A DNA stretch of 64,000 nucleotides from Octopus vulgaris (lineage: Eukaryota), in NCBI GenBank assembly GCA_951406725.2, contig OX597828.1, positions 27,404,001 through 27,468,000 on the forward strand. The letters are read 5' to 3'. A program made the position numbers and the translations under genes. Shown piece by piece: positions 13,357-29,141 of the stretch (the first letter of the stretch is position 1; each line of letters starts with the position of its first letter). The notes beneath the pieces are model-generated. The model worked only from the letters and a program-made list of their open reading frames with translations, did not search any database and was not told where the DNA came from.

Positions 13357-15624
13357 ATGTAATTTACTCGGTTTATCACAGAGATTAAGTCTATCTCATT
13401 GTTACTTTTGCAACACAGATGAACCAATCTGTGCAAACATTGTGTCTAAGTCAACTTACATTCTGTTACGCTTCACTTGGTTCCTTATTCTCTGTCCAAA
13501 TGTTTGTATTTTTCTTTTTTCCTTCTTTTTTTTTCTATTCAGATTTTAGTCTTTTAGACAGAAACTATTGCTTCTTCTGTGACATTCCAACTCTATTTGC
13601 CGTTCTTTTAATGAGGTCAGTAAAATGATCAGCCTTCTGATGGCTTCCAGGATCTTCTAGCTTTCCATGTGATAAGCTGTCTTTTCTGATAAATCTTATC
13701 TCTTAGAACCAGCATCTCCTTCCCCGCTTCCATGTTTTGACTGCTATCTAAGAAGACTTGCTGCTTTTGTATTGAGAGAGTAAGACCTTCCTTCCATACA
13801 TACAGTGCCAGTTCTGAGGAATTCTCAGACTGCTAACTACTTTTCTGCAGAATTATATGCCATGATTCCGAACGCATTGCATTTTCTACTTGAAATGTTT
13901 GCATGATAAAAGGAAAGATAACAACTCCTGATATGCATGAGAAAAGTATGGCAGCCGGAAAAGGTTGGTGTGATTAACAAGTAGATGAAAGAATGAAAAG
14001 AGAGTCAGACGTTGGAAAGTGAGTAAAAAATAAATAAAAAATGTAAACAAAAGCGGCAAGGTAAAAATAATGAAGACGCGGGCATTCAAGATAAAAATGC
14101 TGAAATCATGGCTAAACAAATAAGAGTTGTATGATGTTTTTTAGGTATTTTGAACCAGACATGTCCTGTATGATTTGTTAATATTTTGTTGACTGCTAAA
14201 CAACCGTAACCTACCTCAAGTGCCACCAAATAACCTTTGTAGCGGAATGGCCTTTTTCACCTTGGCCCTCTTCTTCGTTATTAGCCTCCTACATTGTCTA
14301 TTAGAATATGCCAATTAGCTGCAAGAAGAATAAATATTACAGATGAGAAGATAGCTGCATGTTAATTTGGAAACGTAGAACAATTTGTATTTCCAAATTG
14401 ATCCTACTTTTGGTAACGTTGTATCTCTGTACACAAACTAATAAAAAGAGAAAATGTTAGATGGTGGCGGTGGCAGTGGTGGTGGTGGAGATATATCCAG
14501 CAGTCTTAATCAATGGTTTGCACAGACGCATTCTACATTTATTATTTTCGGTTCCTAACTATCCAACTATGTAGAAAATCCTCTCTACTATCTTTTTTTT
14601 CAACATTTCCATACACTAACTGTTCTATTTTTTTAGCCACTTCCCTTTATATTTTTCTCATTACCATATTTCCCTTATTCTATGTTGTCGTCATCATCAT
14701 CATCATCTTTTTTTTTTTTCTCTTTTCCTTGTTTTGCAATATATATTTTGTTCTATAGTAATTTCCTGCAATTTAATTCTTCTGGGATTTTTTCTTTATT
14801 TTTTTTTTTTTCTCTGTATCAACAACATCTCACTTTAAATAACATTTTTGTCTTTTTCGTTAGTTTGTTTTGGTTTGTATTATATTCTAACTTTATCTCT
14901 TTAACATTGCACATATATATGTTTAGTGTGTATATGTGTGGAGTAAATATCAGAAGACAAACTGGCAAGGGAGATATTAAATAAAGATAAGCTTTGTTGA
15001 TCCATTTAAATTGATAACAATCACAATAAAGGGGAATAATTATAATTATGTTTTACACTCAGTCAGCATGGAAATCACTGTTTCAAGTAATTTTGTTCAA
15101 CATGAATCCTGATTCATAAAATAAAGTATACACCAGTCTCTGCCACTAAATTATTAAGGTCTAAACTGTATCTATATTATTTAGTTCCTGCTTGTGATTG
15201 CCATTTATTCACTGTATACAAGAAATTGGTCTATGCAAATTGTTTGAACTCTTCAATTTTTCTACTTTTACATTTTGATATACATTCGATTGATTTTTAA
15301 AAATCTTTCTCTAGAACAAAGTTCAATTATGTATTGACCACAAGGTCACGAAATCAATTCTGACTACTATTTTGCTTTATTAATATATATTTTTTTTATT
15401 CATTGCAAGACACATTACACAAGCAGTTTAAAGCTTATTCAGGTCATAGCTGATACTGTTCTTATTGTGTAAATGGAAAGAACCTCCCGTTGTGAGACAC
15501 CTGTTGCAAAAATCCATCTACATATATCCTATTTTGAAAATGAAAGAAAATGTTATTCTTAAGAAAATTTCAATCTGACTCCTGTAATAACTGAATTTGA
15601 TATTCCCCGTAAATATATTCTAGG

Positions 15625-15995
15625 AGTCACATTGAAGGGTCTCTGGAGAAATATTCCCTGATGGTACATAACTCTGAAATCAGGAAGTCTCACCAGGTTG
15701 AGTTGCTGCTTCTCCATTTTAGAAAGATCTCAGCTTCAGTGCCACAGACATATGGTTTACAATATCACAGGAAAAGATCAGAAGATGAACTCTTGAAGCT
15801 GAACCAACCAGCAGGAGACAGGAGAGTAGTCCACACACCAGATGGTTGGCTAATATTCATCAGCTCAGTTAGTCAAACACGACTATCCAACAGGAAAATG
15901 TAATGATGGTTGCTTCTGGAGATACCTGAGGATTCTACCCCAACAGCTCTCCCAAGAATAGTGGATAGTAAAGATGGATGGATGGATAGATGGAA
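15625..15995 (+). mobile_element. RTE (Expander/Rex3-like) LINE 3' fragment
   Basis: VHNSEIRKSHQVELLLL / ERSQLQCHRHMV / LRILPQQ across frameshifts, followed by a (GATG)n tail. Confidence 0.7.
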
Positions 15996-16854
15996 ATAAG
16001 TTGATATACTGAAATTCAATCAATCAACGTTATAAAATGTTTGGCAATAAGAAGTGTGTCCAAATATCAAAAGCATGCCAAAAACAAAAATGGAATAGCT
16101 GAGACATAGCCTCTGCAAGTCTTAGCAAAGGTGCCTCATCTCAAAGAATGGTAAAACATCATGGAAACTGATGCAGGGCAATAGTCTCTATAGACATGTA
16201 AATAGTGTTACAGACACTGTATGCCCAATTCATGTTGTGAAGAGGTTAGTTATAGGAAGGGCACCTGGATATCAAAAAAAAGGGGATAACAGAAAAGTGA
16301 CAGAAAGAGGAGACAGATTGTGCAAATGGTAATGAAAGCAAGCCATCTAGGAATGACCACTGATGTGGAATAAATGAGGAATCTCTGCTCTTGTAGCAAA
16401 TGATCTTCTCAGTGTCCCTGGCACATTAAAACCCAGTTAAGCCAGACATAAACATTACTAATAGCTGAAGGTTTTATCTGTTGCTGTAGTTACAAGCTAA
16501 AATAGGAATATGACTGATTGCAGAAAGCTGCGAGAGTTCTGTCTGACCAGAAATAGAATGGGTAGGAACCCTCATCTATTGCATGATGATTTCCAACAAT
16601 CACACAATGCCAAAGCAAGGAATCAATAACACATACACACACAAACACACACTCACGCACATATCTCTATTGTATTCACTTATGCTACAGTGACCCCCAA
16701 GCCTTCTTTGATATATAATCATTTTTAAAAAAAAACCACAAAATATGTAAAATAATATCTGTAAGCAGAAATCAAAAGCTAGTTGGGAACTCAGCTTGGC
16801 AAGTTCATTTTTGTTTTTCTTTACTAAAACACACAATACCTATAATGTATAGGA

Positions 16855-17218
16855 GAGAGGCATGGCTGTGTGGTAAGAAATTTACTTCCCGATTACATGG
16901 TTCTTGGTTCAGTTCCACTGTGTGACACCTTTGTTGGGCAAGTGTCTTCTACTGTAACCCCAGGCTGACTGAAGTCATGAGAACAGATTTGTAGACAAAA
17001 ACTGAAAGAAACCTGTCATGTGTATATCTATCTATATATCTGTCTGCCTGTCTGTGTAGGAGTGGCTGTGTGGTAAGTAGTTTGCTTACCAACCACATGG
17101 TTCCAGATTCAGTCCCACTGCATGACACCTTGGGCAAGTGTCTTCTACTATAGCCTCAGGCTGACCAAAAGCCTTGCAAGTGGATTTGGTAGATGAAAAC
17201 TGAAAGAAGCCCATTGTG

Positions 17219-17269
<51 letters not shown>

Positions 17270-17510
17270 ATGTATGTATGTATGTATGTGTGTGTGTGTT
17301 TATGTGTCTGTGTTTGTTCCCCCCCCCCAACATTGCTTGATAACTAATGCTGGTGTGTTCACATCCTTGTGACTTAGTGGTTTGGCAAAAGAGACCAATA
17401 TAATAAGTACTAGGTTTACAAAGAATAAGTCATGAGGTCAATTTGCTCGACTAAAGGCAGTGCTCCAGCATGGCCACAGTAAAATGCCTGAACTAAGTAA
17501 AAGAGTAAAA
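16855..17510 (+). mobile_element. Two adjacent SINE family A copies (partial + full)
   Basis: Heads at ~16857 and ~17058; CORE-like ACCTTGGGCAAGTGTCTT; tail to ~17510. Confidence 0.85.
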
Positions 17511-17628
17511 GAGAATATATATATATATTTGCAGTTTGACAACCAATGATGGTATATTTGTGTCCTTGTCACTTAACAATTCAGAAAAAAGAGACTGATA
17601 GATTAAATACCAGACTTTCTGTTGAGTC

Positions 17629-17940
17629 TTGTGGAAACGGCATCCAACCAAAGTACAAATATATGGGAAATTACCACCTGTATCATCTCTTGTGAAAGGT
17701 AGAAGAGTCCAGTTTGCTGGACATTGTTGTAGAGCTGAAAACGAGGTAATTTCTACTCTTCTCCTCTGGAAGCCATCTGCTCGCAATACCAGAGGGTGCA
17801 CACTCTCCTACCCTGATGTAATCTCCAGGGATACAGGCATCCAGCAACAAGACCTCCGTAATGCTATGATTGGCCGTGAAGTCTGGCGTAGCATGGTAAA
17901 TTCTATTGTCTCGACCACGGTCGAACAATGATGATGATGA
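17629..17940 (+). mobile_element. RTE-group (RTEX/Proto2-like) LINE 3' fragment inside a SINE A 3' half
   Basis: ORF WKRHPTKVQIYGKLPPVSSLVKGRRVQFAGHCCR...; (TGA)n tail; close paralog at 27803-28292. Confidence 0.85.
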
Positions 17941-18492
17941 GAATCAAGATCAGTTTTTCCACTTGACCATTTGAGGGCAGTGCCCCAGTATGGCTGCAGT
18001 CTAATGACAAGTAAAACGAAGCCTAAATAAAAAAAAAAGATGTGTTCTTGTAACAGCTTTGACTTTTCCCCTTGAGAGTGGCTAACCATTTTTCATTGAC
18101 ATAAAAGCATTTCAATCTATAAAGAAAGGAATAAATACAAAAACCCATGGTTGAGTTTGAAACCAGGACCAACAGGCAGAACTAAAATGACCAGCTACTC
18201 ACTGATTCAAAGTCTCTATTCAATTTCTTACATATATAATTAACTTCTATCAATACTGTTTTATTTATTTACTTATTATTTTATGTTTTTATTATTGCGA
18301 TTTTGTTTTATGTTTGGTATTTTTTTTTTCCTTTGCCTCACTCCCTATCTTTCTCTGTCTACCATATTACACATCACTTGCAACTGTTTGTGTGTATGAT
18401 CTATTTGAGTATTTCGTCTATCTATTTATATATATGTATGTATGTATGCATTTGTGTGTGAAAGAGTGTGTGTATGCATATCGTCATCATCA

Positions 18493-18571
<79 letters not shown>

Positions 18572-19469
18572 CTGTATATAGAAGTGTTTATGTGTACACC
18601 TATCTACATACATATATATATTTGTGTGTGTGTATGCATGCTTACATATATATTTGTATGTTTAATAGTGCATAAATAAGAGTGTAGGCAGAGCTGTTTG
18701 CTGGAAATTAACTTAAAATGAAAGTCACAAGGCATTTTATTAATTATAAGACATTTTATATTTAGTGATGTGCTGAGAGAGAGAGAGAGAGAGAAAGAAA
18801 AAGTGGGGAAAAACAACAACACAAATACAAAAAACCCACAAAAAGTCAAAAGCTATAACAAGCAAAAAAAAAATATTAAGATAACTGATTTTTATTATCA
18901 TCATCATTATTATTATTATTATTATTATTAATACTACCACTACAGAAGAAAGCTAAAGCTATTCAATTACCCAGCCATATAGTAACAGAATAATAATGAA
19001 ATCAGTAACAGAGATAAAGAAAAAACAGTAACCGCCCCTACTAACTCACACTCTATCTTTTGTATACAAAAGACAGTGAGATTTTTTTTTACTTTTGTAT
19101 GTTTTCTACCCCTTTCTATTATTATTTAGTACCATCCACTAGGACAACACATCTTTTTTTATTATTATCGTTATCATTTTTTTTTATTATTATTTGTGAA
19201 TGCTGTTGTTGATACCCAACCCTTTGCCAAACAATCCCCTCTACCAGTTCATATTTCTTGTCAATACATCAAATAACCTCCAATATGATTAACTAAGAAA
19301 ATTGTCAGAAAATTGTGTCCCTTCAGATCCCTTGTGGCCTAGCGTACTACAGAAGAACCACTCACTAAGAGTCTGTAATAATAATAAGAAGAACTGAGGA
19401 GTTCAAGACGATGTTCTGATCCAATTTACTGAGTTACAAAAGAACTGAGAGGGAAACAAAAGATGATAA

Positions 19470-20235
<766 letters not shown>

Positions 20236-20820
20236 TGTAGTTCCCGGGTTGATACGGGGTTAACCACAGTAAGTAAGGTACTCAATACATTGCAGAGTAA
20301 AATTAATTTATTATATAGAAGGAGCTTCTACAGGACTAGTACTGTTTCATTCAAGAGAAATCTTCAGGAAGCTATTTAACAAGAATTGTATTAGCATTTA
20401 TACATTTAGAGGAGTGGTGGTGGGGGACTTTTTGGGGGTAGGCATAGCGCAAAATATCATACTTGGGGGAGTGGTCAAGGTAATAAAAAAATAAAAAAAT
20501 AAAAAATAAAAAAATAAAAAAATAAAAGGATAAAATAAAAGAATAAAAATAAAAAATATAAAAAATATATATAAAAAAATATATATAAAAAATATAAAAG
20601 ATATATAAAATATATATAAAAAATATATATAAAAAAATATAATAAAATATATAAAAAAAAATATATATATAAAAAAATATATATAAAAAAATATATATAT
20701 ATAAAATATATATATAAAAAAAGGGGGGATAGAGTTATAGGTAAATAAGGAGATTCTCACTTATACCTATACACACATGTATACGTATCTACACACACAT
20801 ACGCACATACACATATATCT

Positions 20821-20877
<57 letters not shown>

Positions 20878-21560
20878 CCTACACATACACACATACATAC
20901 ATACAAATATACATATACATACATATATATACAATCCAATACAGGCCCATTCCCTAATTTTAATTTTATTATCTTCATTTATTACTTTTGTTATCTTTGA
21001 TCGCTAGGGCTAAGAATCCTGGCAATAGCTGCTTGTCCGTTAGTCTGTCTACTAGAAGGCAAGTACTCATTCCCGCACGCACACTCATTAGCACGTACAT
21101 TCACCCATTCGTACACTCATACACATACACGTACGCACGCGTTATATTCATACATACAAACATCTACATACGTTCACGTATATACACACACGTACTCGTA
21201 CCTACAGATTCGTGTCTACACTTTAGGAGGCTAGTCTATACATATACACCAATAAATATACATATATATATATATATACATACATATATATATATATATA
21301 TACCCTCATGTATGTGCTTATGTATGTGTATGTATGTATAAAATATTATATAATTAGGGCTTAGGAAAATAAAATAAATTACTTTGCCACATACTAAACT
21401 TTCTAGAAATAGCAGCCAATAAAGTTTTTTAGCCTCTTCCACTACTTAGAGAATCTTTTTCCCTCTAACTTTGTTTACTCAAAATAATAATGGTCCCTTT
21501 ACATACTGAACACTTGATGAAATTGATTAATAACTATTTAACTTTACCCTCCCTTGTTGA
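20236..21560 (-). mobile_element. Penelope pLTR-like non-coding element, left arm of an inverted pair
   Basis: Minus strand: hammerhead, then AATAAA, then an end motif running into (TA)n; inverted copy at 22957-23930. Confidence 0.7.
20323..20373 (-). ncRNA. Type I hammerhead ribozyme motif
   Basis: Exact reverse complement of 23863-23913. Confidence 0.75.
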
Positions 21561-21590
21561 TATATATATACATATGTATATGTGTACATG

Positions 21591-21641
<51 letters not shown>

Positions 21642-22277
21642 ATGTGTGTATGTATGTATTTGTATATGTGCGTGTGTATATGTATGTGTGCGCGTGTGTG
21701 TGTATGTTTGTGTATGTATACTTGTATATGTATATGCATGAATGTATATATATGTGTGTGTATATGTGTATTATGTTTGTATTTATATAGATATGTAGTT
21801 TATATATATATATATGTATGTATATGCATCTGCCTGTGTGTGTGTATGTGTATATATGCGTATCATTTTTGCGTATGTATACATGTATATGTGTATATGT
21901 ATGTGTGTGTGTGTGTGTACGTATGTATATATGTATATATATATATATATGTGTGTGTATATATATGTGTGTGTATATATATATATATATATGCATGCGT
22001 ATGTGTATGTACATGTATGTATGTGTGTATATGTATATATGTCTATATATGTGAGTATGTAGTAATATAAGTATATGCATGTGTATGTATGGGTATGTGT
22101 ATCAGTGTATATGTATATATGTATGTGTGTGTGTATGTATATGTATGTATATGTGTATATATGTATGCGTGTATGTGTATATATATATATATGTATATAT
22201 ATATATGTGTATATGTGTGTGTACGTATGTGTATGTGTATGTATGTGTATGTATGTCTATGTATGTATGTGTGTGTG

Positions 22278-22335
<58 letters not shown>

Positions 22336-22843
22336 TGTGTGTATGTATGCATATATGTATGTATGCATGTATATGTGTATGTATATATATGTGTGTAAGT
22401 GTGTGCATATATGTATTTGTAAGTATGTGTGCGCGTATGAGTATGTATGTATGCTTGCACACGTGTATATATATATGTGTGTGTGTGTATTTATATGGAT
22501 GCGCGTGCGTGTGTGCACGTGTATGGGTACGCATGTATATGTGTATGTGCGTGTATGCGTATACGTGTATGTATGTATGTGTGTGCGTAGATTTGTATAT
22601 GTATGTGTGAGTGTGTATATATATATATATATATATATACATATATATAGATGGGTGTGTGTATGCGTATAAATGCATGTAAGTATGGATGTATAGATGT
22701 ATGTATGTATGTATACGTATGTATGTGTGTATGTGTGTATGTATATATATGTGTGTGTATATATGTTTGTGTATGTATATATATATGTGTATGTATGTGT
22801 GTATGTGTGTGTATGTGTATGTGTGTATGTGTAGGTATGTGTA

Positions 22844-22916
<73 letters not shown>

Positions 22917-22956
22917 CTGTATGTAGGAGTATATATATGTGTGTGTGTGTATGTAT
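21560..22956. repeat. Complex (TA/TG/TATG) microsatellite spacer
   Basis: Directly visible. Confidence 0.95.
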
Positions 22957-23388
22957 ATGAGGGTATATATATATATATATATGTATGTATATATATATAT
23001 ATATGTACATTTATTGGTGTATATGTATAGACTAGCCTCCTAAAGTGTAGACACGAATCTGTAGGTACGAGTACGTATGTGTATATACGTGAACGTATGT
23101 AGATGTTTGTATGTATGAATATAACGCGTGCGTACGTGTATGTGTATGAGTGTACGAATGGGTGAATGTACGTGCTAATGAGTGTGCGTGCGGGAATGAG
23201 TACTTGCCTTCTAGTAGACAGACTAACGGACAAGCAGCTATTGCCAGGATTCTTAGCCCTAGCGATCAAAGATAACAAAAGTAATAAATGAAGATAATAA
23301 AATTAAAATTAGGGAATGGGCCTGTATTGGATTGTATATATATGTATGTATATGTATATTTGTATGTATGTATGTGTGTATGTGTAGG

Positions 23389-23447
<59 letters not shown>

Positions 23448-23862
23448 AGATATATGTGTATGTGCGTATGTGTGTGTAGATACGTATACATGTGTGTATA
23501 GGTATAAGTGAGAATCTCCTTATTTACCTATAACTCTATCCCCCCTTTTTTTATATATATATTTTATATATATATATATTTTTATATATATATTTTTATA
23601 TATTTTATTATATTTTTTTATATATATTTTTTATATATATTTTATATATCTTTTATATTTTTTATATATATTTTTTATATTTTTTATTTTTATTCTTTTA
23701 TTTTATCCTTTTATTTTTTTATTTTTTTATTTTTTATTTTTTTATTTTTTTATTACCTTGACCACTCCCCCAAGTATGATATTTTGCGCTATGCCTACCC
23801 CCAAAAAGTCCCCCACCACCACTCCTCTAAATGTATAAATGCTAATACAATTCTTGTTAAAT

Positions 23863-23913
23863 AGCTTCCTGAAGATTTCTCTTGAATGAAACAGTACTAG
23901 TCCTGTAGAAGCT
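23863..23913 (+). ncRNA. Type I hammerhead ribozyme motif
   Basis: AGCTTC CTGAAGA t-ttc-tctt-gaa-t GAAA CAG-tactagtc-CTG TA GAAGCT: 6-bp stem I, intact core, GUA triplet (predicted cleavage after 23907). Confidence 0.75.
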
Positions 23914-24841
23914 CCTTCTATATAATAAATATAAATATATATATAAAGATACACACATTTGTATATTCACAAAGAACACTATAATTGATACTGAATATTT
24001 CTCATAAATACCCATATAAGGTAATGAATATTCTTAAGGCAATTCATTTTGAAGTTGCTGTCATCATCATCGTCATCATCATCATCCCATTACAGTCAGT
24101 TTGGGCTCTGGAGATGTGTTTGCTGGATGGCACAATAAGAAATAGCTCAATACATCACCACAGTCAAAATGTAGAACTGAGTCTTCTTCTTATAACAGTT
24201 TCTAGCATGTGACAACTGAGTCTTATTTTACCAGCTTGAAACTAAACTCAATTTTTGTAGTAGCCTTTCTTCTGGTATTGTTACATGAAATCCCCTTTAA
24301 ATGGGAGCAGTTTTCTGTTGTACAACTTTTGTTCAGGTACATCTCTGTCTACCAATTTCACTGACTTGGACTCCTACTTGAGTTGCATAAAATACTGTCA
24401 AGCAAAGATGTTGCAACTTAATCTGTCCTCATGGGTCAGGCTTGACTATGTGGTTAAGATGTTTGTTCTCCAAACTTCTTAACTTTGAAGTCTTGCAGGT
24501 TTCAGGTTCAATCCCACAGTGTGGGTACTTTGGTCAAGGGACTTCTACTATAGCCCCAAGTCAACTGAATGTATTTAGGAAATAGAAACTGAATGAAGCC
24601 TATCATATACATGTGTGTGTGTGTGTGTGCTTGTGTCTCCTTGATTTGGCATCAAGTTGTGAGTGAGTATCGATGTTTTACAAGAGATGTCATTCAGTCC
24701 CTGTATTCCACCAAAACATGTTTGATCATAGGAAAATGTTACCTTCCTTGGAAACAGGTGAGGATGGGCATCAGGAAGGACATCCAGGTGTACAAAAATC
24801 TGCCTGAATAAATTTCATGCAAACATGAAAAAGTGATTGTT

Positions 24842-24911
<70 letters not shown>

Positions 24912-25328
24912 TTGTATTTATGTATGGTGGTGTGGGTGAGGCACAGGTGTGGCTATATATTAAGACAACTTTCCAACCAAATAGTTTCAGGTTCAGTCCT
25001 ACTTTATAGCATTTTGTGTTTGTGTCCTCTGCCAGAATCCTGCAGCCATGTGAGTGGATTTGGTTGACAGGAATTGAACAAAGTTTTTCACAAGTTTTAG
25101 AGACACCAGCACTCCTCTAAAAATAAATATCCTTAAAATCCTTAAAAATGTTTTAGCCCGAAGGCCGCGGCTATGCTGGAGCAGATAATTTTTTTTTTCT
25201 CCTAGAACTTCCTCTACTCTATACTACTCTGCAAAATTTCATATCCCTTGTGGCGTAGTGTACATCGCAAGAATCACTCACAGTCTGTAAGCATAATAAG
25301 AATAATTGAGGAGTTCGAAACCATCTTC

Positions 25329-25808
25329 TGATCTAAATTACTACATCACCTTACTACATGTTCTGATCCAATTTATTACATCACCTTACTACATGTTCCA
25401 ATCCAATTTACTACATCACCTTACTACATGTTTTGATCCAATTTACTACATCACCTTACTACATCTTCTGATCCAATTTACTACATCACCTTACCACATG
25501 TTTTGATCAAATTTACTACATCACATTACTACATGCTTTGATCCAATTTACTACATCACCTTACTACATCTTCTGATCCAATTTACTACATCACCTTACT
25601 ACATCTTCTGATCCAACTTACTACATCACCTTATTACATGTTCCGATCCAATCTACCACATCACCTTACTACATATTCCAATCCAATTTACTACATCACC
25701 TTATTACATGTTCCGATCCAATTTACTACATCACCTTACTACATGTCCCGATCCAATTTACTACATCACCTTACTACATGTCCCGATCCAATTTACTACA
25801 TCACCTTA
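25329..25808. repeat. 35-bp minisatellite, ~13.7 copies
   Basis: Unit TGATCCAATTTACTACATCACCTTACTACAT(C/G)TTC; period 35 (25471, 25506, 25541). Confidence 0.95.
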
Positions 25809-26393
25809 GTGTGTAACTTTGATCCCACAACAAAGAATGTCATGAAAAGGATACAAGTTTAAAAAGACTAATAAAAGAAAAAGACATTGCATTTGAATAC
25901 TTTGAATAACAACAAACAGACTTGATGCAACTTGCCAGAAAATATTCCACCAAACTGGTGTCTCTTAACTGTTTTTGTTCCGATATTTCTATTGAACAAC
26001 ACAGGATTTGCTTCAATTAATTTTTAAAAGAACGAAGAATTTAGTAAAGTAATTTTGTCACCAAGTGAGTGAATTTGGTTGACAGGGATTCAAAGAAGCC
26101 TTTCGCCCTTTTAAGAGGCCAATAAAATATAGTAACAGTGCAAGGCTGCAATCTGCAATCATATTAGTTCAAGCAAACTGTTTTTCATCAATCTGTGATT
26201 GAGAGAATAAGTACCAGGTATATATTAGGGCTGATTTGATTGCAAACACTATTTCTCTTCAAAAGTAATATTGTTTATCATCATCATCATCATAAATCAT
26301 AATTGCCATATTGTCATTATTATCATCATTGCCTTCCTCATCACCATTTAGTTGCAAATGTTTTATTTGCTAAGAATTATCGACATTACTGTA

Positions 26394-26451
<58 letters not shown>

Positions 26452-26597
26452 GGGAGAGTTTATGAAAAAAACAAAAAAACGAAGACAGGTGGTGTACAAA
26501 ACAAACAGATGTATTAGCATAATGCCCAGGAATAGAAAAAAGTCCTTTACATTTCGAGCCTATGCTCTTCTACAGAAAGGGACACAGAAAAAACAAG
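26452..26597 (-). mobile_element. pLTR-like short element, family E (variant hammerhead 26545-26580)
   Basis: Homologous to 63402-63574; abuts (TA)n. Confidence 0.75.
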
Positions 26598-27529
26598 AAT
26601 TGTTCTAGAGATGATGAGAATGAAGAGATGTTGTTCTGGAAAGAAAGATGAGAAGAAAAAAAAAACGGAAAGAAAAATGAAAAGAAACATAATTAGAGAA
26701 AGATACAGAGTAAGAAATAATGGTGGCGGGTTACATAGGTGGGGGGGGGACAGAAATAAGCAGAGAGAGAGAGAGAGAAAGTGAGAGAGACTTTGTAGTT
26801 GAGAAAGAAAGACTTTTCTAAGGTGCATTGGCAGAGTGAGAGAGAGAGAATGATTTACCTGCGATTTCTTTTTTTTTTGTGTGTGTTTTTGGTAAGAAAA
26901 AAGAAAAACAACAAAGGAACCAAGCAGAATATGTTTCGAAAGCTCATTGTTTTCATTATTTTTCATATCAATCACTGTCATATCTTATTATAATGTAATT
27001 AGTTGTTTCCTGTTTTCTCTCTTTGCTTTTGTTCCTCCACTCATTGTTGCTTTAATGTTGGGTGTTGCCCTTAATTTTTTTTTTCATATTAGTTGCTTTT
27101 GTCTTTATTAATCATTAAATTTTCTTTTAAATCTTCAATTTAAATACGGTAGTAGGGGTGTTGACTTTTTGTTAACTTTATTACAGTAATTGCTATGTCT
27201 CTTAAAAGCTTCTCTTTCTGCTGGCTGAGGTTGTAGTAATATCTTTCTAATTAGTTAGCCCAAAGTGTCAGTAATTAAAATGGACTCAAATATAAGCTAC
27301 CATGCTGAGATTCATTAATTAAGCCCAAGTGATTATCTTCTCTTTATAATTCTCAATAATTTTACTGTACGCAGTTTCATTGGCATTTTTGACTCTATTT
27401 ATTTAATGCTTTCCTCAAAATCTTCCATTTGTAATATTTCTAATTTCAAGGTGACGTATGTTTTGGATAGGACAGTTTTAAGTTAATGTTACCTTATAGT
27501 GGCTACATTGGATTATATTGGTACTGTAG

Positions 27530-28415
27530 ATGCAAGTGTGGCACTGTGGTAGGAAGTTTGCTTCCCAACTGCATGGTTGCTGGTTCAATCACATTGCATG
27601 ACATCTATGGCAAGTACCTTCTACTATAGTCTCAGGCCAACCAAAATCTTATGAGTAGATTTGGTAGACACAACTGAAAGAAGCCTGTCATATATCTGTG
27701 TGTGTGTGTGTGTGTGTGTCCCACCACTGATTGATGACTGATATTGGTATGTTTATGTCCCTGTAACTTTGTGGTTCAGCAAAAGAAACTGATAGAATAA
27801 GTCATCATCATCATTCTTCGACTGTAGCCGAGACAATGGAATTTACCATGCTACGCCAGACTTCACGGTCAATCATAGCATTACGGAGGTCCTGTTGCTG
27901 GATGCCTGTATCCTTGGAGATTACATCAGGGTAGGAGAGTGTGCACCCTCTGGTATTGCGAGTAGATGGCTTCCAGAGGAGAAGAGTAGAAATTGCCTCG
28001 TTTTCAGCTCTACAACAATGTCCAGCAAACTGGACTCTCCTACCTTTCACAAGAGATGACACAGGTGGTAGTTTCCCATATATTTGCATCTTGGTTGGAT
28101 GACGCTTCCACGAGAGATTTTGAGCTCTCATAAGGAGGCGGGTGTAGGTTCCATCCAACCGCCTCTCAAGCTTCTTTGATAACGTCCAGGTTTCTGAGCC
28201 ATATAGTAGAATTGGTTCGACTGTAGCTTTGAAGACTTCAAGTTTGAAGTCTCTACTTAGATTTGACGACCAGATCTAATGCATGTCATGACATAGAATA
28301 AGTACCAGGCTTAAAATATAAGTACTGAGCTCAATTCGTTCGGCTAATATACTTAAAGGTGGTGCTGCAGCATGGCCACAGCCAAATGACTGAAACAAAT
28401 AAAAGATAAAAGATA
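27530..28415 (+). mobile_element. SINE family A split by a LINE insertion
   Basis: 5' part to 27802, resumes at 28293. Confidence 0.8.
27803..28292 (-). mobile_element. RTE-group (RTEX/Proto2-like) LINE 3' fragment
   Basis: ORF 27811-28158 DGTYTRLLMRAQNLSWKRHPTK...FAGHCCR; (TGA)n tail; 11-bp TSD ATAGAATAAGT at 27792-27802 and 28293-28303. Confidence 0.9.
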
Positions 28416-29141
28416 ACAACAGAGGCATCAGAATTGAAACTAGTAACCTGAAAAAAAGTTAAGTTCCTTGTTTCGTCAAAGAAAATCTTCGTAAAAATGA
28501 CGAGGCTCTTTTAGAAAGTATTAATTAATTATGTGTTGTCAGCAGTGAAGATAATGTTGGTGTTTTTTATATTTTACTTGTTTCAGTCATTGGACTGTGA
28601 CCATGCTGGGGCATTGGCCTTGAGGGGTGTTTTAATTGAATGAATCAACCGTGGTACCTGTTTGTGTTTTTAAAGTCTAATATTTATACCACTGTCTCTT
28701 TTGCCAAACTGCTAAGTCGCAGGATATAAAAAAATAACATTGGTCATCAAGTAGTTGGGTGGGAGGGGGAGTGACAAACACACACACACACACACATTAA
28801 GGTTTGTTTTTATGTGAAGTTAAAATAAATGACATTTTAGATTCAGCTGAAGGATTATTCAAAAGGATTATTAGAAAACTTGGTAGACAGAAACTGTAAG
28901 GAAGCCCTTTATATATATATATATATATGGGGGGGGGGTAATTGTTCTCCCACCACTTGGCAACTGGTGTTGATTTGTTTGCATCCCTATAACTTAGCAG
29001 TTCAGCAAAAGATACCAATAAAACAATAAAGTAAATACCCAACTTAAAAAATGGGTACTGGTGTCAGTTTGTTCTACTAAAGCCCTCTAAGATGGTGCCT
29101 TAGCATGGCAGCAGTTCTGTAACAGAAACAAATGTACATAA

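Larger units (their letters stand above)
20306..23930. repeat. Long inverted repeat, arms 20306-21309 and 22957-23930
   Basis: Arms are reverse complements apart from microsatellite lengths and a few SNPs (mirror ORFs [12 protein letters not shown]... and [10 protein letters not shown]... on opposite strands). Confidence 0.95.
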
